Shown here: piece after piece, positions 56,981 to 64,000 of the stretch
Position numbering within the stretch: position 1 is the first letter of the stretch
Layout: each line of letters starts with the position of its first letter
The notes under the pieces: model-generated
What the model saw: only the letters and a program-made list of their open reading frames with translations
What the model was told of the DNA's origin: nothing
The model's database searches: none
Program-made: the position numbers and the translations under genes
Assembly: GCA_951406725.2 (NCBI GenBank)
Contig: OX597833.1
Coordinates: 35,588,001-35,652,000 of the forward strand
From: Octopus vulgaris
Taxonomy: Eukaryota
DNA: 64,000 nucleotides
Reading direction: 5' to 3'

Positions 56981-57155
56981 GAGGCTGATGATCTGGTAAA
57001 ACCATTAGCATGCCGGGCAAAATGCTTAGCGTCATTTCGTCCGCCTTTATGTTCTAAGTTCAAATTCCGCCAAGGTCGACTTCGCCTTTCATCCTTTCGG
57101 AGTTGATAAAATAATCAACTTATCCCCTTCCCGGAAATTGCTGTGCCAATATTGA
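56981..57155 (+). mobile_element. SINE family B
   Basis: GTTCAAATTCCGCCAAGGTCGACTTCGCCTTTCATCCTTTCGG. Confidence 0.8.
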
Positions 57156-57431
57156 AAAACAACGTTTATAAGGATTTATATCTAAGAAAGTCTTCGTAGA
57201 TAAATTTCAACTTTATTCCCTTATAGTCAATTTCTGGCAATCGTCTCTACAAAAGCCTTTTAAAAGAAAGCAAGGCATGGCATCTCTCCAACGTGACGAT
57301 GAGACTATGAAAGCCTTGAAACGTTGATAAGGATTTTAGAAGGAAAAAAACTAGAAAGCAGCTACTAAATTAAAAATGTGAATCTAAAAGACAGATTGAA
57401 AAGCTAGGACTGAACAACAAATAAATATTTA

Positions 57432-57742
57432 TTTTACTTGTTTCAGTCATTTGACTACAGCCATGCTGGAACATCCCCTTGAAGTGTTTCTGACCCCAGG
57501 ACTTATTCTATTATACTCTTTGCCGAACCTTTAAGTTACGGGGAAGTAAACACACCAATACCAGTTGTCAGGTGATGATGGGGAACAAACACAGATACAA
57601 AGACACACACACACACACACACATATTCGGCGAGTTTCTTCCAGTTTCCGTCTGCCAAATCCACTTACCAGGCTTTGGTCGGCCCGAACCTATAACAGTA
57701 GACACTCACCCAAGGTGCCACCCAGTGGGACTGAACCTGGAG
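57432..57742 (-). mobile_element. SINE family A, 5'-truncated
   Basis: TTACTTGTTTCAGTCATTTGACT...GTGGGACTGAACC. Confidence 0.85.
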
Positions 57743-57789
57743 CTATTTAGATGTGCCTAAGAGGTCTAAATGTGCTAATATACTGCATA

Positions 57790-58600
57790 GAAAGAGTAAT
57801 CAGAACATCCGAGAAAACCACCCCAGAGGTACGAACAGGAAGGAAATGGAAAGCGGAAGCAGTAAATAGGACGATCGGAAAGCTAAGGCATGCCGACATA
57901 GTCGGAGCGACGCAAGAAGCAGTGGTACACGAAGTGAGAAAAGAGGGAAAAGAAAGTCTAAATGTTCATTTGGTGCAATGTAGTCAACAGGGACAGTACC
58001 TGAGATGGGAGGAATATGTGGTCAGTCGCAGAATATCATGGAAGGAAATTTGGGCTTGGGAACAAGCAAGAACATCCTTCCTGATCAAGTCTACCTTCGA
58101 CGTTATGCTTTCACCGGCCAGTTTAGTCGTGATGAACGTAGATGCGGAGAGAAAGCGACGGTGAGACATGTTCTTTCATACTGCAGGCTAGCACTAAGAC
58201 AGATATACATGGCGTCATAATCAAGTACTCGGTGTCATAAGCGTAGCACTCAAAAAGATCGAGAGGAGAGTAACTAAAAGTGAAAAAACGCGTAAGGATA
58301 TACTTCCAGAAGGAGGGAAAAGGGCATAAGACCAGGCCTTCAAAAAAAGTATACAAAACAGACGAAAGATGGAAGGGATACTGGAAGCTGGCCGTGGATT
58401 TGGAAAGGCTGTTAGTATTTTCACTTATAATACAAGTATTTTCACTCATAAAACAGCAAGTAGGGGCTAGGGGCATCGTTGAAAGGAAAATAGTGACGTT
58501 ATTTAAAAGGTTTGCATTTTCAAGCTCAGAGCATACAAGAGGTAATCGACAAAGCCAAATGAAACGAGAAGACCCGAAATGGCTCTAAAGCCATAACATG
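57790..58600 (+). mobile_element. HERO-clade RLE LINE fragment
   Basis: VRTGRKWKA..LRHADIVGATQ, QQG..WE, ISWKEIW..E..SFLIKSTFDV and HVLS.C..YTWRHNQVL. Confidence 0.8.
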
Positions 58601-59850
58601 CCAACTGGGAAATAGCATCGCTAGGTGAGGCTGGCTGGCATTTAAACAGCGTTGCTGCTTGACAGGTGGGCCAAGGGAACCATCTCATCCATTGCGCGCC
58701 CTCTTCTCCGATAGTTCGAAGGTTTGTACCACCAGACAGCTAGTCGGCTCAGGTTGCTGAAACTAAAACTAACACGTCTCCGTTGGAAGGTAGGTTTAGA
58801 GAGGGCGCAGGCCAAAACTACGCGCCCTGTCGCTCCATTGGTCGGTTGAAGCTTAGATTATGTTACGTGGCAGTTAGCTGGCCTGGCTGCTAGAGCTTAC
58901 CGGCGATTATTTAAAGGGAAATTTGACAGGGTGGTCATTCGCCCGATGACATTCGTTGAAGCTGCATCGAAGAAACCAACGGACAAAAGGCCAAAGAAAA
59001 AAGAAAAAAATGCACTCAGCACCAGAGCTGAAGACACCTCCGAAAGAGGTGGGGACACCACGTCGAAAACGGTAGAGGAGTAGGGGCCGAAACTGGACGT
59101 GGTTCTTTCTGATGATATCCTTAGTCACTGGATCCTATAAAGGCGTTGTTGAGGTAACAAAAAACCACGAAATGTAGTTGGAATTTCTCAATAGAAAGAG
59201 TAAACGTACGAGAGGATATATAATTATGAAAACTCAGTGCAGCTCGATTTCAGGTTTCCTCGTTCTTGTCTGGTTCAAATGACCATCTTTCAAAGTCATC
59301 TTATTAAAGTTTGCACTTCCCATAGAGCATCACTATATCAATATGCAATGAATGATGAAATTGTTTAGAATCTAGTCTTATATGTAGTTAGTGTTTCGCC
59401 TGTAGTACCAGTATCCTGTCCACTCAATCATCATTGCTCTCTTATATTCTGGATTATCGAAGAAATATCTGACAGCTAAATTGTTATATAGCTGTGTATG
59501 TTTGTTTGTTAGACTACCCGTTGTTGATTAGTTTTTAAAAAAAACTGGATACAGTGTTTATCTTAGGATATACACAAAACTTAACAGTTCCCCTGAGCAA
59601 ATCTTGCCAGAGGATAAATGTTGCTGATAGCCATTTTATTATTTCACTATTTTGTCTGAATGATACTGAACGAAGCTAGACAAACAAAAATAATGCAGGA
59701 TTTAAATGTTACATACTTCACATTTCCATGGTTATTATTGTTATATTTTTATGGCATTTGAAACTAGAAACATCTCTATAAACACGCAAAAAGATATACC
59801 GATAAGTATGATGAGACAGTTTATAGAATACTACTAATTTATGTTTTTTA

Positions 59851-59899
<49 letters not shown>

Positions 59900-60083
59900 T
59901 TATTAGGACTACGAACCGTTCGACAATTTGTATAATGAATTGTATTGTTCACTTTTGTTCTGTATAAAGTTGTGGATATAGTACGTATTGTGACACCAAT
60001 CGTGATATACGGAGACTTTAAAATGTTACGGTTATGATCCTTTTCGTCAACAAGTGCAAAGAAACTTCTGATTGAAAACATGC

Positions 60084-60143
<60 letters not shown>

Positions 60144-61142
60144 GGGTGCTCGCTATGCATATTGTTTCGTTTGCTGAAGAGATCGATATTTGAAATCGGA
60201 CGAAACTTAAACTTGTTATGAAAGGAATAAACATTTTAAGTATGTTCCTTTTCTTTTTTTTTTCTTTTTTGCTTTGTCTTTTGAATTGCAGAAAATACGA
60301 TGTAATACGTTACGTTACAAAATTAGCATTGAGCGCGTCTTTTGTGGGCATACATTGAAGTTTTTCCCGATGTACAATGGTATAACTTACGAAATACGTT
60401 ATGTATATTTGTTTCCCATATTCCATTGTTTTCTACAAGAGAATGGTCAGCATTTGGAATTATCGTTGATGGCTAACGACAAAAAATAACATAAAATCTG
60501 GTTTACATGAAAAGATTGCGATATTAGGTGACCAGCTTTATACGTTATGTTTATACGATAATCATTAATAAATTTTTCTCACAATGCATCATTATGATTT
60601 ATTACACAATTTTAAGACTATTATAATGACGAACTGTATACATTGTGCACAAAGCAAAATCACACCCAGTTGCAAACACACATATGAAAAGATATGCTGA
60701 CTAGATTATGTATACAAAGCTTCTAATAGTATCTTGATCTTGTTGTTGATGAAAGCCATCTTCACGCAGCCAGAATTAGCTTCTAAATATTCATTAATTC
60801 ACAGCATTAATAATAGTGTAATAAGTGTGTGACATTATTACAAAACAACAGATAAGAAAAATCGGCCGGTCGCAGTTGTAATGAGTTTCATCAAATGTCT
60901 GCTCGGTCAGGGCTGATGGGATGAGGGAGTGATATACAAAGAGATGGATAGTTACGGCTGAAGGTCTTTCGTAATAGGTCTTCACAATTAGGGCTGAACT
61001 GTAGCTAAACGATAAGTATAAATGTTTTCAGGACAACTTTAGACCAAACACAACAGTGTTGCTGCTTGAAATATTGGGATCCACTCCGACGTTAAATGTA
61101 TGTATGTATGGATGTATGGCTGGATGTATGGATGTATATATT

Positions 61143-61189
<47 letters not shown>

Positions 61190-61239
61190 CATATCATTTT
61201 ATATTCCTTATTAACTGCCATAGATCGCTAAAATGTTGC

Positions 61240-62465
61240 TAGAGTAACACTTTTGCTACTCTGAAGCGGGGGAAAAGTGTAAATTGTAGGGTTATAGAAT
61301 TGCCAAACGGAGAGAGAATGGATGACCCGGATGATGATGGGTACAAGTATTTGGGGATCCTGGAGCTGGACAATAGCTTGCACAGAGAAATGAAAGACAA
61401 TTTCACCACTGCATATTTCAAGCGCATCAAACTTCTCTTGAAATCGAAGCTCAACTCAAGGAACCTTGTGACCGCCATCAACATATGGGCTGCTGCTGTA
61501 GTCCGCTATAGTGCACCCATCCTGAGATGGACACAAGCGGAGACTAACCAGCTCGATCGCACCACCCGAAAGACAATGACGATACATGGTGCCCTCCACC
61601 CTAACGCAAATGTACACAGGCTCTACATGATGAGACGTAAGAGTGGACGTGGGCTGATTAGCGTACGGGAGTGCATCATCAGTGAAAGAAGAAACATGGC
61701 AGAATATTTGGTAACTAGCAAAGAAGACTTGCTACAGTATGCTGCTAGTGCAGAAGGAGTTAACAAAAATGGACTTGAGAGTGCTCATGAATTTGAAACA
61801 AGAACAGCCAGCGAGAGAGAAGAAGCCCTACTCCGTATGGAATTATATGGTCAGTTCCACTGTGAAACTAACAACTTAAATGACCAGGAAGCATCTTGGA
61901 GATGGCTCAACAAGGGTGACCTAAAAAAGATTGCTGAAAGCCTAATCATCGCGGTCCAGGACCAAGCATTGAATACCAACTCAGTGAAAAAGAATATGAA
62001 CCACACAAGTGCATCGGACCTCTGTAAAATGTGTGGGAAGAGGGTCGAAGTGTGACTCGCCCTGTCAGTGCTAGGGAAAGTCTTGCGCAGAAAGAGTACA
62101 AGGGTAGACACCTCAAAGTAGCCACAAACCTCCTCTGGCTACTAAGCCGTAAATATGGATATGATGTTACGAGTGCTTGGTGCCAACATATACCGGAGAA
62201 GGTAATGGACGAAAAAGGAAGGCAATAATTACTGGGACTGTGGTTTCCAGACAGATAAAGTGTTAGAGCACCGAAGGCTTGATATAGTAACTTTTAGGAG
62301 GGAAAAACAAGAATGCCTAATAATCGTCGTAGAAGTGCCAGGAGATCAACACATCATGAAAAGGAAAGCAACACATCATGAAAGAAAGACAAAAAGTTGA
62401 TAAATATAGAGACCTGAGAATTGAGATCGTTAAGATGTGGCAGCTACGAGAGTCGAACATAAAGT
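61240..62465 (+). mobile_element. R4/Dong-type LINE: RT thumb, CCHC knuckle and RLE
   Basis: ORF 61300-62055 has YKYLGILE, LKSKLNSRN, HP.ANVHRLY..GRGL, QDQALNT and CKMCG, followed by DKYRDLRIEI. Confidence 0.9.
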
Positions 62466-62479
62466 GTTTGTTCTCCAGA

Positions 62480-63062
62480 AACTACAACGCAATCATTCTT
62501 AAAAGTGGGGCTAATCCTGCCTGCCTCTATTCTTGTATAACCAATGAAATAATTCACCTCCTCATCTCTGGATGCTACCTGCTTACTTGAAATGGATATA
62601 TTAATCGTCGTGATAGACTTGGTCAGTATTTGCGGTCAATTTTTTTTGAGAAAAAAAAACTGGTAGGGAACATTAACTGGTAGGGAACATTAAGTTATCA
62701 CCATTCTTTGGGGCTTTAACATTTAAACTAAATGAAATACTCAGACCAATAGACTAGATATTGCGGCAAAATATCACACTGACAAAGCATGTTTGCTCAT
62801 AGATATGTCAAACAATGCAAACTGCAGCACTTCTGTAAAAGTATTTGAAAAGTTAAATAAATACAAGGACCTTGAAATAGAGGCCTCAACAATGTGGCAT
62901 TTAAAAAAAGACTACCTCTGATAATCGGAGCTTTGGGGATAAAAACAAATGGCGCTCTTTAAATATTATGGCCAAATACCAAGAAACGCTAAAGTATCAG
63001 AACTACAAAAATTCGTTCTTATGGGTACTGCTGACATTCTAAGAAAAACATTGTCAGTCTGA
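62480..63062 (+). mobile_element. R4/Dong-type LINE 3' fragment
   Basis: HLLISGC, CLLIDMS, KYKDLEIE and ELQKFVLMGTADILRK. Confidence 0.8.
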
Positions 63063-63449
63063 ATATCTCCGATTCTCTAATAACTCTTTCAAAACTGAAA
63101 TATTACAAATTTAACCGAATTTTAGTTCTCAAACTTTGGCTTCCTTCCTATAAATTATATCATTGCTAATTATAAATAACACCCGTAGTAAAACGTCCAA
63201 ATTGCTGTTGGTTGAAACCTTCGGGCGAGACTAGGGATTGCTTGTATAAAGAAAGTAACAACAATAACAAAAACACTACTACTGCTGCTTCTACTACTGA
63301 TGATGATGGTGATGATGAATATGATGATGATGATGATGATGACGACGACGACGATGAAGATGACGATGATTGCTATCAGAAGCATGAAGCCAAAAATTTA
63401 GGGAGAGAGGAACGTTCAGTTACATAAGTATAAAGTCAATAGTCAATAT

Positions 63450-63950
63450 ATTCCCCGAATGAATTTAATAAATCAGTGTTTCAGAATTAAAAGTTATGTA
63501 GCATAATATATGCCGAAAGAATTTCCACAAACAAGATACAGTGCTGAGAGTGCTGACTGTTGAAAGATAACAACATTAAAATAAATATTCTATTTTATGC
63601 TTGGAAACTCATTATGTTCCCATTTAATTCGACTGAAAGTATTGATGTGTAACTCCTGGCTGTCCATTGCACTCAAAGTTTTGAAAATGTAGACACATGT
63701 AATACAAATACATAAAACTGAAGTAAACTACAGTACAAAATTATTTCTATGAAATGTGTTTAATAGTGTTTTTAATCAATATGAAATTATACAAACTTAG
63801 AAGTAGAGAAGGCAAAAAAACAATTGAACTCCTTTGAAGGAATTCATTCGATGTCACTTCGGTTTAATATTCGAGTAAACGATATTTAGATGTTATGGAT
63901 ATGTTATAAATGTGTTGATATCCCTTGGAAGAAAGATAAATTCCTCATTA
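63450..63950 (-). pseudogene. Decayed leucine-rich-repeat coding relic (tentative)
   Basis: LPRDI, HLNIVYSNI, TEVTSNEF, LYNFILIKNTIKHIS, ELHINTFS and LLSFNS, spread across stops and frameshifts. Confidence 0.4.
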
Positions 63951-64000
63951 GTAGATAGAAAACAGGCAAACAAATAGAGAGACAGGTAAATATATAGAGA

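Noticed and set aside
59022-59070. Hammerhead-like CTGAAGA-hairpin-GGGAC..GTC
   Set aside because: The core GAAA is replaced by GGGA and stem I does not pair.
60168-60230. Hammerhead-like CTGAAGA...CGAAAC followed by AATAAA
   Set aside because: Stem I is out of register and stem II is mismatched. At most a dead relic.

Overview
AT-rich, microsatellite-saturated eukaryotic DNA. The SINE families and repeat landscape look like Octopus; this is inferred from recalled repeat families, not from a search. Almost all ORF-track entries are artefacts of simple repeats. The only long intact ORF is a 5'-truncated, apparently young CR1-type LINE RT (37712-39379). The rest is nested retroelement debris: three tRNA-derived SINE families, many R4/Dong-type RLE LINE fragments stacked in (AAT)n arrays, HERO, RTE, Tx1 and Penelope-like fragments, and a non-autonomous mariner. 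Signals the ORF track misses include: two phase-compatible minus-strand exons encoding a tyrosine-motif C-terminal tail; a minimal type I hammerhead ribozyme; a ~510-bp non-coding element always embedded in (AAT)n arrays; a LINE 3' end sharing its tail with a SINE; fold-back palindromes; a copied microsatellite junction; and a decayed LRR coding relic. Boundaries of degenerate repeats are approximate, and clade assignments rest on motifs read by eye.
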